NCBI GenBank assembly: GCA_013697045.1
Contig: JACCXJ010000280.1
Span: 1 to 54,451 of the forward strand
DNA length: 54,451 bases
Reading direction: 5' to 3'
DNA from: Gammaproteobacteria bacterium
GTDB taxonomy: Bacteria; Pseudomonadota; Gammaproteobacteria; JACCXJ01
In this document: positions 12,511 to 21,349 of the stretch, one piece after another
Layout: each line of letters begins with the position of its first letter
Numbering within the stretch: position 1 is the first letter of the stretch
Made by a program: the position numbers and the translations under genes
The notes under the pieces: model-generated
What the model was told of the DNA's origin: nothing
Databases searched by the model: none
Seen by the model: the letters and a program-made list of their open reading frames with translations, nothing else

Positions 12511-13179
12511 CTACGCCTGCCCGGGCGCCGCTCGTGCCAGCGCCCATACCTCGACCGATGCGGCCCCCGTGGACAAGAGGACGCGCGCTAGCTCGCGGGC
12601 CGTGCTGCCAGTCGTGAGGACATCATCGACCAGCGCAATGTGCCGGTAGGGCAAGACCCGTGCGACCCGGAATGCCGAGCGCACATTTCGGGCCCTGTCG
12701 CGAGCCGAGAGACCCGTTTGTGGCTCGGTATAACGCGAGCGCCGGCATACACCGGTGCAGAGCGGGACTCCGAGCTCGCGCGCCAGTGGCCGAGCCAGCT
12801 CGAGGGCCTGGTTGTAACCGCGAGTGACAAGCCGCCGCCAGTGCAGCGGGACCGGGACCAGGCACTCCGGCGGATGAACACCGGCGTACCGGAGCCGATC
12901 GGCCATGATACGCCCCAGGTGGTTCAGGTAATCCAGCCGGTTGGAGAACTTGGCCGCCTTGATCAGGGCATCCAACGGGTAGGAGTACAGGAACGGGACA
13001 CGGGCACGCGAGAACGGCGGGGGACGGGTGACGCACGCCCCGCACCGCTGCCCGACCAGGAGCGGCAACGCACAACGTTCGCATGCAGGGCCCTGCTCCG
13101 GGAGGAGGTCGATACACGCCCGGCACAGGTCCACAGGACCCGTCGCCGGGCTCAGGCACAGGATGCACGAGCGCTGCAC
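12511..13179 (-). CDS. comF: ComF family protein (phosphoribosyltransferase domain)
   Basis: N-terminal CxxC pairs (CILCLSP...CRAC, CERC...CGAC) and C-terminal PRT motif [13 protein letters not shown]. The GTG at 13179 has GGAGG 7 nt upstream. The longest ORF extends to 13278. Confidence 0.8.
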   Translation of the reverse strand: MQRSCILCLSPATGPVDLCRACIDLLPEQGPACERCALPLLVGQRCGACVTRPPPFSRARVPFLYSYPLDALIKAAKFSNRLDYLNHLGRIMADRLRYAGVHPPECLVPVPLHWRRLVTRGYNQALELARPLARELGVPLCTGVCRRSRYTEPQTGLSARDRARNVRSAFRVARVLPYRHIALVDDVLTTGSTARELARVLLSTGAASVEVWALARAAPGQA

Positions 13180-13247
13180 GCTTCGACCTCCATACGATGC
13201 GTCTGGCTGGATCTTTGTTTTTAGAGTGTTGGCCGACGAGGTTAGCA

Positions 13248-14258
13248 GTGTACGAACAAACAAGCACGTCCCCGCCACCGACCGGGCCGTCCGGAACCGC
13301 CGCGACGCGCCATGACTGGACCCTGGGGGAGGCGCAGGGCTTGTTCGAGCGCCCGCTGCCGGACCTGGTCTATCGCGCCCAGAGGATCCATCGCCGCTAC
13401 TTTCCGGGACACGCGGTCCAGTTGAGCACCCTCCTGAACATCAAGGCCGGGGGATGTCCTGAGGACTGCGCCTACTGCCCGCAGAGTGCCCGCTATCAGA
13501 CGGACATGGAGGCAGGTCCCCTCACCAGTGTCGCCGAGGTACAGGGGGCCGCCGTCCGAGCCAAGGCCGCCGGGGCGACCCGCTTTTGCATGGGTGCGGC
13601 CTGGCGCCGGCCCAGCAGCCGAGGCCTCGCCCGAGTCACCGAGATGGTGACGGCGGTCAAGGCCCTGGGACTCGAGACCTGTGCGACGCTCGGCATGCTG
13701 AGCGCCGAGCAGGCGCTGGAGCTCAAGGCGGTCGGGCTCGATTACTACAATCACAACCTGGATACCTCCCGGCGTTATTATCGGGAGATCATCACCACGC
13801 GCAGTTACGACGACCGGCTCGAGACCCTGGCGCATGTCCGGGCAGCGGGTCTACGGGTCTGTTGCGGGGGCATCATCGGCATGGGGGAGGGGCGGGAAGA
13901 TGTGGTTAACCTTTTGATCACACTGGCGAATCTTCCTGAACACCCGGAAAGCGTGCCGATCAATGTGCTGGTACGGGTGCCCGGCACGCCCCTGGCCTCC
14001 GCCCCCCCGCCGGATCCCTTCGAGGTGGTCCGCACCATCGCCCTCGCGCGCATCCTGATGCCGGCGTCCTATGTGAGGCTCTCGGCCGGGCGCACGGAGA
14101 TGTCCGACGAGCTTCAGGCCCTGTGTTTCATCGCCGGTGCCAATTCGCTTTTCTACGGCGAACGCCTGCTCACCACGGCCAATCCCGACACCGGGCGGGA
14201 TCAGCGGCTCCTCAAGCGGCTAGGGATGACCGTGGAGCCCGTTCGCACGGGCCAGTAA
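13248..14258 (+). CDS. bioB: biotin synthase
   Basis: Radical-SAM [12 protein letters not shown]-terminus [20 protein letters not shown] parallels E. coli BioB. Start is either the GTG at 13248 (GAGG upstream) or the ATG at 13194. The ORF-track start at 13083 would overlap comF. Confidence 0.9.
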   Translation: MYEQTSTSPPPTGPSGTAATRHDWTLGEAQGLFERPLPDLVYRAQRIHRRYFPGHAVQLSTLLNIKAGGCPEDCAYCPQSARYQTDMEAGPLTSVAEVQGAAVRAKAAGATRFCMGAAWRRPSSRGLARVTEMVTAVKALGLETCATLGMLSAEQALELKAVGLDYYNHNLDTSRRYYREIITTRSYDDRLETLAHVRAAGLRVCCGGIIGMGEGREDVVNLLITLANLPEHPESVPINVLVRVPGTPLASAPPPDPFEVVRTIALARILMPASYVRLSAGRTEMSDELQALCFIAGANSLFYGERLLTTANPDTGRDQRLLKRLGMTVEPVRTGQ

Positions 14259-14270
14259 ACAGCCCTGCTT

Positions 14271-15443
14271 ATGTCCTGGCTGGCGCCGGAGCTCACGCGG
14301 CGGCTCGCGAGCCGTGCGGCCGGGAATCGCTACCGACACCGCGTGATCCGGGAGACCGGGCCGGGCGCCGAGGTGCAAATAAACGGTCAGCGCTACGTCG
14401 ACTTCTCCAGCAACGACTACCTCGGACTCGCGTGTCACCCGCGCGTCGTCGCGGCGTTTCAACGCGGGGCGGAGCGCTATGGTGTCGGCAGCGGCGCCTC
14501 GGCGCTGGTCTCGGGATACTGCCGCGCGCACGCCCGGTTGGAGGAGGACCTCGCCGTCTTCACCGGCCGGCCCCGGGCACTGGTCTTTTCTTCAGGGTAT
14601 CTCGCGAACCTCGCCGTCGTGACGACCCTCGCCGGCCGCCGCGACACGCTCATCGCGGACCGGTTCAATCACGCCTCCCTCATCGACGCCGCCCTGCTCT
14701 CCCGTGCCCGGCTGCTGCGCTATCCGCACCGCGATACCTTGGCTCTAGAGCGCCGGCTACAAGCCACCGAGGGTAGCCGGCGTTTGGTCGTCACCGAGTC
14801 GTTATTCAGCATGGACGGCGATCTCGCCCCGTTGGGCCGGATCGCGGCCCTGTGCGAGCACTACCATGCTGCCCTGGTCGTCGACGAGGCCCACGCTATC
14901 GGCGTCCTCGGCCCCGGTGGCCAGGGCAGCCTTGCCGAGCTCGGGCTCGGCAGCGAAGTGGTCCCGGTCCAGATCGGCACCTTCGGTAAGGCCTTGGGAG
15001 GGCTCGGTGCGTTCGTGGCGGGTTCTGAAGACCTCATCGAGACGATGATCCAGGATGCCCGGAGCTACCGCTACACTACCGCCCTGGCCCCCGCCATTGC
15101 GGAAGCGGTGCGTGAGGCCCTGGTGCTCGCCCGGACGGAGTCTTGGCGACGCGAGCACTTGAGGTCCCTGATCGCGGCATTCCAGGGCGGGCTCTCCGAA
15201 ATCGGCATCCCGAAGAGCGATCGCCGCTCGCCGATCCAAGCCCTCGTGTTCGGGGAGGACGACAGCGTATTGGAGGCTGCCGAGCGCCTGCGGCGGCGGG
15301 GCCTGTTCGTGGCCGCCATCCGCCCGCCGACCGTGCCGATCGGGAGCGCCAGACTGCGGGTGTCCTTGACAGCAGCGCATACCGAGGGACAGGTTACGCG
15401 GCTCGTCGAGGCCCTGGCTGAGCTCCGAGGCGGTTCTTCCTAG
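14271..15443 (+). CDS. bioF: 8-amino-7-oxononanoate synthase
   Basis: 390 aa. PLP-dependent class II aminotransferase fold with Lys motif GTFGKALG. Position in the bio operon. Confidence 0.9.
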   Translation: MSWLAPELTRRLASRAAGNRYRHRVIRETGPGAEVQINGQRYVDFSSNDYLGLACHPRVVAAFQRGAERYGVGSGASALVSGYCRAHARLEEDLAVFTGRPRALVFSSGYLANLAVVTTLAGRRDTLIADRFNHASLIDAALLSRARLLRYPHRDTLALERRLQATEGSRRLVVTESLFSMDGDLAPLGRIAALCEHYHAALVVDEAHAIGVLGPGGQGSLAELGLGSEVVPVQIGTFGKALGGLGAFVAGSEDLIETMIQDARSYRYTTALAPAIAEAVREALVLARTESWRREHLRSLIAAFQGGLSEIGIPKSDRRSPIQALVFGEDDSVLEAAERLRRRGLFVAAIRPPTVPIGSARLRVSLTAAHTEGQVTRLVEALAELRGGSS

Positions 15444-15463
15444 GGGCGGCGCGGACGAGGCGT

Positions 15464-16366
15464 ATGAAACTTCCCGACCCCTACCGGCTCGATAAACCAC
15501 GCCTCAAGGCCGCCTTCGAAAACGCCGCCGGGTACTACGACGCCTACGCCGTGTTGCAGCAGACAGTGGCCCTGCGCATGATCGAGCGCTTGGACCTCGT
15601 CGATATCCACCCGCGCTGGGTCCTGGATGCCGGCGCGGGGACCGGGTTTGCGGCGCGGCGCTTGGGTGCGCGCTACGCGGGCAGCCGAGTCGTGGTTCTG
15701 GACCTGGCCATGGCGATGCTTCGACAGGCCCGCAGCAAGGCACCGCGTTTCTTCTCGCGAGAGCGCTACCTCCAAGCCGACATCGAGTCCCTGCCGCTGG
15801 CCCGCGGCAGTGTCGAGATGGTGTTCGCCAACCTGTCCCTGCAGTGGTCCAATGACCTAGAGGCGGCATTCGAGGGGTTTCGGCGGGTGCTCCAACCGCA
15901 AGGGCTCTTGATGTTCTCGACGCTGGGTCCCGACACGCTCATCGAGCTACGCGACAGCTGGGCGGGGGTAGGCCCGGGGCCCCACGTACACGCCTTCCTC
16001 GACATGCACGATATCGGAGACCTATTGGTGCGGGCGGGTTTCCATGGCGCCTGTCTGGATGTCGAGCGTCTCACCCTGACCTACCGCGACCTCGAGGCCT
16101 TGATGCAAGATCTCAGGTGTCTGGGTGCCAGCAATGCCGCGCAGGGCCGGCCTCGTGGGCTCACCGGTAAAGGCCGGCTCGCAGAGGTCCAAAAACGCTA
16201 TGAGCGCCATCGCCGGAACGGCGTCCTGCCGGCCACCTACGAGGTGGTCTTCGGGCATGCCTGGGCACCGCTGCCCACGACGCGTCCCCAGGACGGCAGT
16301 ACGGTCGCGACCTTCCCGTTGGTCCGAGTCCCCCGTCCCCCCGGTGGCGGATCCGCACAGCGCTGA
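15464..16366 (+). CDS. bioC: malonyl-ACP O-methyltransferase BioC
   Basis: N-terminus KAAFENAAGYYDAYAVLQQ. SAM motif VLDAGAGTG. Stop overlaps the ATG of the bioD remnant as TGATG. Confidence 0.85.
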   Translation: MKLPDPYRLDKPRLKAAFENAAGYYDAYAVLQQTVALRMIERLDLVDIHPRWVLDAGAGTGFAARRLGARYAGSRVVVLDLAMAMLRQARSKAPRFFSRERYLQADIESLPLARGSVEMVFANLSLQWSNDLEAAFEGFRRVLQPQGLLMFSTLGPDTLIELRDSWAGVGPGPHVHAFLDMHDIGDLLVRAGFHGACLDVERLTLTYRDLEALMQDLRCLGASNAAQGRPRGLTGKGRLAEVQKRYERHRRNGVLPATYEVVFGHAWAPLPTTRPQDGSTVATFPLVRVPRPPGGGSAQR

Positions 16367-16500
16367 TGGGCCCCGAACTCCCGCCATCGAGCAGGCGCGG
16401 GATCTTCGTGACCGGGACCGAGGTTGGACTCTTGACCGCGTTGCGGTGGCGCGAGCAGAGGGTGCGCGGCATGAAGGCAGATCCTTCCAAGATCAAGTAA
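16366..16500 (+). pseudogene. 5' remnant of bioD (diverged duplicate lacking the P-loop)
   Basis: 16366-16478 aligns by eye to bioD 16947-17086 at about 88% identity, with an in-frame 27-nt deletion removing DTGVGKTWT. It then diverges and stops at the TAA at 16498-16500. Confidence 0.8.
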
Positions 16501-16515
16501 CAGGCTGGTTGCAGG

Positions 16516-16950
16516 ATGGGAACGTTTTACACAAAGTGCAAAGTGGAAAATCCTTCCGAAAGGACGCGATCCGTTGTCATACCGAAGCTTCTGGTGGATA
16601 CGGGGAGTGAGTATTCTTGGGTTTCGGGGCGAACACTCGAAAGGATCGGCATTCGGCACGAGAAAAAGGATGTGGCTTTCGTGCTCGCGAACGGCCAGCA
16701 AGTCACTCGCAGTGTGGGTTTCGCAATCATCAGACTCGACAAGTTTTTTACCATCGACGAGGTCGTCTTCGCGGAACGCGGGGATCTCCTGCTGCTCGGG
16801 GCGCGCACGCTTGAAGGCCTCAACCTCACTATCGACCCAGGGAGGAAGACGCTCGTGGCTGCCGGGCCCCTTCCCGCAGCATCAGCAACTCGCTCGGGTA
16901 TAACTTCGCGCTCAACCGGTCGCGCCACAAGACGGCGTGCCGGTTCATGA
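16516..16950 (+). CDS. retropepsin-like (clan AA) aspartic protease, stand-alone
   Basis: 144 aa. Catalytic LLVDTGSEYS (D-T-G). C-terminal LLLGARTLEGLNLTIDP, as in the archaeal/bacterial AF_0612-type family. Lower GC than the flanks. The stop overlaps the bioD ATG as ATGA. Confidence 0.8.
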   Translation: MGTFYTKCKVENPSERTRSVVIPKLLVDTGSEYSWVSGRTLERIGIRHEKKDVAFVLANGQQVTRSVGFAIIRLDKFFTIDEVVFAERGDLLLLGARTLEGLNLTIDPGRKTLVAAGPLPAASATRSGITSRSTGRATRRRAGS

Positions 16951-17654
16951 CCCCCGACCACCAGCCATCGAGTAGGCGCGGGGTCTTCGTGACCGGGACC
17001 GATACCGGGGTCGGCAAGACCTGGACGGTGGTCGGACTCTTGACCGCGTTGCAGCGGCGCGGGCAGAGGGTACGCGGCATGAAGCCCGTGGCGACCGGCT
17101 GCCGCCCCACCGAGCAGGGCCTGCGGAGCGACGATGCCCTGATGATACAAGCCCATGCCGGGCAGGATCTGCCCTACGAGTGGATCAATCCCTACGCCTT
17201 CGAGCCGCCCATTGCGCCGGCCTTCGCCGCCCGCCAGGCCGGGGTACGCATATCCATCACCCGGATCCGTGCCGTGGAACGCCGCCTGGCGCGGGCAGCG
17301 GAGCTCACGGTGGTCGAGGGGATCGGCGGTTGGCGGGTGCCCCTGGGCCCCCGCTCATGTGTCTCCGATCTCGCCGCCCGACTCGGCTACCCGGTGGTCC
17401 TCGTGGTCGGTCTGCGGCTCGGGTGTATCAATCACGCCTTGCTCTCTGCCGAGGCGATAGAGCGCGATGGCGCCGTATTGGCCGGCTGGGTGGCAATGCA
17501 GATCGATCGGGATTACCGGACGCTGCGGGATACCCTGGACACGGTCAAGGCCCGCATCCGGAGCCCACAGCTCGGCTTCGTCCCCTGGATGAGCCGCCTG
17601 GATCCCGAGGCCCTGGCCTCTCACCTCGAGGCCGGGCTGAGATACATCGTGTAA
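16947..17654 (+). CDS. bioD: dethiobiotin synthase
   Basis: 235 aa. P-loop GTDTGVGKT. Conserved KPVATG and EGIGGW. Confidence 0.92.
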   Translation: MTPDHQPSSRRGVFVTGTDTGVGKTWTVVGLLTALQRRGQRVRGMKPVATGCRPTEQGLRSDDALMIQAHAGQDLPYEWINPYAFEPPIAPAFAARQAGVRISITRIRAVERRLARAAELTVVEGIGGWRVPLGPRSCVSDLAARLGYPVVLVVGLRLGCINHALLSAEAIERDGAVLAGWVAMQIDRDYRTLRDTLDTVKARIRSPQLGFVPWMSRLDPEALASHLEAGLRYIV

Positions 17655-17678
17655 GCTAGGCGAGCCCGAGGGGACATC

Positions 17679-17876
17679 ATGGTGGGAAAAGTCATCGTCA
17701 TCGTCGTGCTCATCGCCATCCTCGCAAGCCTCGGCAGCGCGCTGGTAGCGATCCTCCGCGGTCGATCCGAGCTAACCCTGCAGGCGCTGACCCTGCGCGT
17801 CGCGCTCTCCATCGGCCTGTTCGTGTTCCTGATGATCGCCTACGCGACGGGACTGATCTCACCCCACGGGCTCTAA
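17679..17876 (+). CDS. twin-transmembrane-helix small protein (DUF2909-like)
   Basis: 65 aa with two hydrophobic helices and a C-terminal GLISPHG. The family is usually encoded in aa3 oxidase clusters. Confidence 0.65.
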   Translation: MVGKVIVIVVLIAILASLGSALVAILRGRSELTLQALTLRVALSIGLFVFLMIAYATGLISPHGL

Positions 17877-17968
17877 CAGCAGCACGTACCGGGAAGCCGA
17901 TGTCGATCTGTGGCCTCCCGTAACGACTATTCAGTATCCACGCGTTTCACCATGATTGGGAGAAAACC

Positions 17969-18195
17969 ATGAGGTATCTGTGCCTGGTCTATGGGTAACG
18001 CGCGTTTTTGGTACTGATCTACTGAGACGCGACGGCGGTCGCCGTATACGACTCACAAGGGGTGTCGATCCGGACACCCGCCGTTCGACTAACTGATGGA
18101 CGCCACGGATCTCGACGAGGCGATCAGCATCGCCGCACGGATCCAGATGGCGGGCAAGGGTATCGTCGAGGTCCGCGGTGATAGAGATCGCGTGC
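17969..18195 (+). pseudogene. degraded YciI/DGPF-family gene
   Basis: ATG with GGGAGA upstream encodes MRYLCLVYG then TAA. Downstream fragments read TPAVRLTDG and DATDLDEAISIAARIQMAGKGIVEVR, resembling YCII-family middle and C-terminal regions. Internal deletions and stops are present. Confidence 0.45.
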
Positions 18196-18250
18196 CTGCC
18201 GACGGACTAGTGTCCGCTTACAGTGCGATTGATCACCGAAAGGAAAGGAT

Positions 18251-18658
18251 ATGGCTACACAAATTTTTGTGAATTTACCCGTCAAGGATCTCAACAGGTC
18301 TGTCGAGTTCTTTACCAAACTCGGCTTCACGTTCAATCCTAAATTCACTGACGAGAACGCCACGTGCATGATCGTCGGTGAAAATATATTCGTCATGCTG
18401 TTGGTTGAGCGTTTCTTCAAGACTTTCACCGCTAAGGATGTCTGTGACGCAACCAAGAGCACAGAAGTGCTTGTATGCATATCTGCTGGTAGCCGCGAAA
18501 GAATCAACGAGATGGTCAGCAAGGCTGTTGCAGCCGGTGGAACGACACCAAATCAATCGAAAGACTATGGATTCATGTATCAACACGGTTTCCAGGATCT
18601 AGATGGGCATCTCGGGGAACTCGTATACATGGAGCCGAGCGCAACAAGTAAAGAGTAA
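18251..18658 (+). CDS. VOC (glyoxalase/bleomycin-resistance fold) family protein
   Basis: 135 aa. MATQIFVNLPVKDLNRSVEFFTKLGF and the late GFQDLDGHL are typical of the family. Markedly AT-richer than its surroundings. Confidence 0.75.
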   Translation: MATQIFVNLPVKDLNRSVEFFTKLGFTFNPKFTDENATCMIVGENIFVMLLVERFFKTFTAKDVCDATKSTEVLVCISAGSRERINEMVSKAVAAGGTTPNQSKDYGFMYQHGFQDLDGHLGELVYMEPSATSKE

Positions 18659-18692
18659 GTACAAGGTGGGCGATCTCAGGAAGGAGTAGGGT

Positions 18693-19808
18693 ATGAGCGA
18701 AGTACGGGTACTGGTTGGTACATGCAAGGGCGCGTTCGTCCTGACGTCGGACGCAAAGCGCGAACGGTGGGACATCAGTGGCCCCCATTTTGGGGGTTGG
18801 GAGATCTACCACCTCAAGGGATCACCTGCTGACCCGAATCGGTTGTATGCGTCACAGTCCAGCGGCTGGTTCGGGCAGCTGATCCAGCGCTCCAACGACG
18901 GTGGCAAGACCTGGGAGCCGGTGGGTAACAAGTTCGTGTACGACGGCGTCCCCGCCACTCACCAGTGGTACGACGGCACGCCGCACCCCTGGGAGTTCGC
19001 GCGAGTCTGGCATCTCGAACCCTCGCTGATTGATCCCGATACGGTCTACGCCGGGGTGGAAGACGCCGCCTTGTTCCGCTCCATCGACGGCGGACAGACG
19101 TGGCAGGAGCTGTCCGGACTGCGCGGCCACGGCTCGGGGCCCTCCTGGCAGCCAGGGGCCGGCGGGATGTGCCTGCACACGATTCTGCTGGATCCAAGCG
19201 ACCCCGGGCGAATCTTCATCGCCATCTCGGCGGCGGGGGTGTTCCGGACCGACGACGCCGGCAAGACGTGGCGGCCGATCAACCGTGGTCTCAAGTCCGA
19301 GCAAATCTCCGACCCGCATGCCGAAGTCGGCCACTGCGTTCACCGCATCGCGATGCACCGCTCGCGTCCTGGCGTGCTGTTCATGCAGAAGCACTGGGAC
19401 GTCATGCGGAGCGACGACGCCGGCGAGTCGTGGCAAGAGGTCAGCGGGAACCTGCCGACCGACTTCGGCTTTCCGATCGACGTCCACAAGCACGAGCCGG
19501 AAACCATCTATGTCGTGCCGATCAAGAGCGACTCGGAGCACTATCCGCCCGAGGGAAAGCTGCGCGTGTACCGCAGCCGCACGGGCGGACACGAGTGGGA
19601 GGCGCTCACCAAAGGCCTGCCGCAAAGCGACTGCTACGTCAATGTGTTGCGCGACGCGATGGCCGTCGACTCGTTCGATCCGTGCGGCGTGTACTTCGGA
19701 ACCACCGGCGGGCAGGTGTACGCATCGGCGGACGCCGGGGATAGCTGGGTGCCCATCGTCCGAGATCTTCCGAGGGTACTGTCCGTCGAAGTCCAGACGC
19801 TGCCATGA
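18693..19808 (+). CDS. BNR/Asp-box repeat beta-propeller protein (sialidase-like fold, function unknown)
   Basis: 371 aa. Five Asp-boxes: [48 protein letters not shown] upstream. Confidence 0.8.
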   Translation: MSEVRVLVGTCKGAFVLTSDAKRERWDISGPHFGGWEIYHLKGSPADPNRLYASQSSGWFGQLIQRSNDGGKTWEPVGNKFVYDGVPATHQWYDGTPHPWEFARVWHLEPSLIDPDTVYAGVEDAALFRSIDGGQTWQELSGLRGHGSGPSWQPGAGGMCLHTILLDPSDPGRIFIAISAAGVFRTDDAGKTWRPINRGLKSEQISDPHAEVGHCVHRIAMHRSRPGVLFMQKHWDVMRSDDAGESWQEVSGNLPTDFGFPIDVHKHEPETIYVVPIKSDSEHYPPEGKLRVYRSRTGGHEWEALTKGLPQSDCYVNVLRDAMAVDSFDPCGVYFGTTGGQVYASADAGDSWVPIVRDLPRVLSVEVQTLP

Positions 19809-20101
19809 TCCGAGTCGTACTACCGGCACATCTGCGGACGCTGACGCGCGTCGACGGCGAGGTGATACTCGACGTCAAGGTTCAGGCTACTCAGCGCTCG
19901 GTGCTCGACGCACTCGAGGCCCGCTATCCGATGCTGCGGGGGGCGATCCGCGACCAGGTCACGCAACAGCGCCGAGCCTTCGTGAGGTTCTTCGCCTGTG
20001 AGCAGGATCTGTCCCACGAGCTACCGGACACCCTGCTGCCCGACGCGGTTGCGATGGGCGCAGAGCCCTTTCTGATCATCGGGGCCATTGCGGGCGGCTA
20101 G
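19805..20101 (+). CDS. MoaD/ThiS-like beta-grasp (ubiquitin-like) protein with C-terminal Gly-Gly
   Basis: 98 aa ending IGAIAGG. ATGA overlap with the propeller gene. Confidence 0.7.
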   Translation: MIRVVLPAHLRTLTRVDGEVILDVKVQATQRSVLDALEARYPMLRGAIRDQVTQQRRAFVRFFACEQDLSHELPDTLLPDAVAMGAEPFLIIGAIAGG

Positions 20102-20172
20102 GTCGCTAGAGCCAGGGTTGAGCCGGTCGATCCGCCCGGAAGTCCAGTCATCAACGCCAAACCCGAGGAGAA

Positions 20173-20646
20173 ATGACAATGGTCAATCCGAAAGTAAAGC
20201 CCGTTCCAGACGGGATGCATACGGTAACGCCACACTTGATTTGCGCTGGCGCCGCCGATGCCATCGAGTTTTATAAAAAGGCGTTCCATGCGGTTGACGT
20301 GGGCCGCGTACCGGGCCCACAGGGCAAGCTCATGCACGCCTGTATCCGAATCGGTGATTCGGCCGTCATGCTGGTCGACGAATTTCCCGACTGGGGTAAA
20401 TTCGGACCGAAGTCGCTCAAAGGTTCGCCGGTCACCATCCACCTCTATGTCGAGGATGTCGACGCGACGTTCGAACGTGCCGTCGGTGCGGGGGCGAAGA
20501 TCAAGATGCCACTAGAGGACACGTTCTGGGGCGATCGTTATGGCGTGCTCGAAGACCCGTTTGGTCATCATTGGTCGGTAGCCACGCACATTCGCGACGT
20601 GAGCCCAGAAGAGATGCAACAGGCGGCGCAGAAAGCATGTGGTTAG
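20173..20646 (+). CDS. VOC family protein, PhnB-like
   Basis: 157 aa. VTPHLICAGAADAIEFYKKAF and FWGDRYGVLEDPFGHHWSVAT are typical of the PhnB/3-demethylubiquinone-methyltransferase-like domain. GAGGAG SD upstream. Confidence 0.8.
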   Translation: MTMVNPKVKPVPDGMHTVTPHLICAGAADAIEFYKKAFHAVDVGRVPGPQGKLMHACIRIGDSAVMLVDEFPDWGKFGPKSLKGSPVTIHLYVEDVDATFERAVGAGAKIKMPLEDTFWGDRYGVLEDPFGHHWSVATHIRDVSPEEMQQAAQKACG

Positions 20647-20767
20647 CACCGGAATCTCGCGGGCGGGGCGGAGTAGGACTTCTGCGGTAGGCACAGGGCG
20701 TGACATGCTTGCGTCCGAATCCGCCCACAAGCCCAGCTCCCAATCCTTACCACAAGGAGTCACTACA

Positions 20768-21199
20768 ATGCGATTCATGATCTTGGTCAAGGCCGACAAG
20801 AACACGGAGGCGGGCGTTCTCCCGGACGAGAAGCTCCTTACCGAGATGGGGAAGTACAACGAAGAGCTGCTGAAAGCCGGCGTGCTCCTCGCGGGCGAGG
20901 GGCTCCCGCCGAGCTCGAAAGGCGCGCGCGTCAGGTTCTCCGGAGGGAAGCGGACCGTGACCGACGGGCCCTTCACCGAGGCGAAGGAGTTGATCGCCGG
21001 CTTTTGGCTATGGCAGGTGAAGTCGAAGGAAGAGGCGATCGAATGGGTCAAGCGCTGCCCCAATCCCACCGGCACGGAGGGCGAGATCGAGATCCGCCAG
21101 GTGTTCGAGGCGGAGGATTTTGGTGCCGAGCTCACGCCCGAGCTCAGGGAGGCGGAGGAGCGCATGCGCGCACACCTCCAGCAATCCGGCAAGCCGTAG
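20768..21199 (+). CDS. YciI family (DGPF domain) protein
   Basis: ATG at 20768 with AAGGAG upstream. MRFMILVKAD..., TDGPFTEAKELIAGFWLWQVKSKEEAIEW. Confidence 0.8.
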   Translation: MRFMILVKADKNTEAGVLPDEKLLTEMGKYNEELLKAGVLLAGEGLPPSSKGARVRFSGGKRTVTDGPFTEAKELIAGFWLWQVKSKEEAIEWVKRCPNPTGTEGEIEIRQVFEAEDFGAELTPELREAEERMRAHLQQSGKP

Positions 21200-21349
21200 G
21201 GCGCGAAGCCGTAATCGCGGCGCGCTGCGACGTCGGTCTCGTCGAGGGTCTCGCGCAGGACGTGCTCGCCACCGCGAAGCATCGAGCGATCGATCTCTAG
21301 CGCCGAAGAAAGTAGGGATATATCGGGCAGGGGTTAGGCCCTTGGCCGG

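Noticed and set aside
13180-13247. Search for a BirA (bioO) operator in the comF-bioB divergent spacer
   Set aside because: No TTGTAAACC-type inverted repeat is visible, so no regulatory call was made.
21199-21300. Possible 5' remnant of an ECF-type sigma factor gene after yciI
   Set aside because: Only about 30 residues show loose resemblance (..AVIAARCDVGLVEGLAQDVLATA..), which is too short to call without a profile search. It is mentioned only as context in the island finding.
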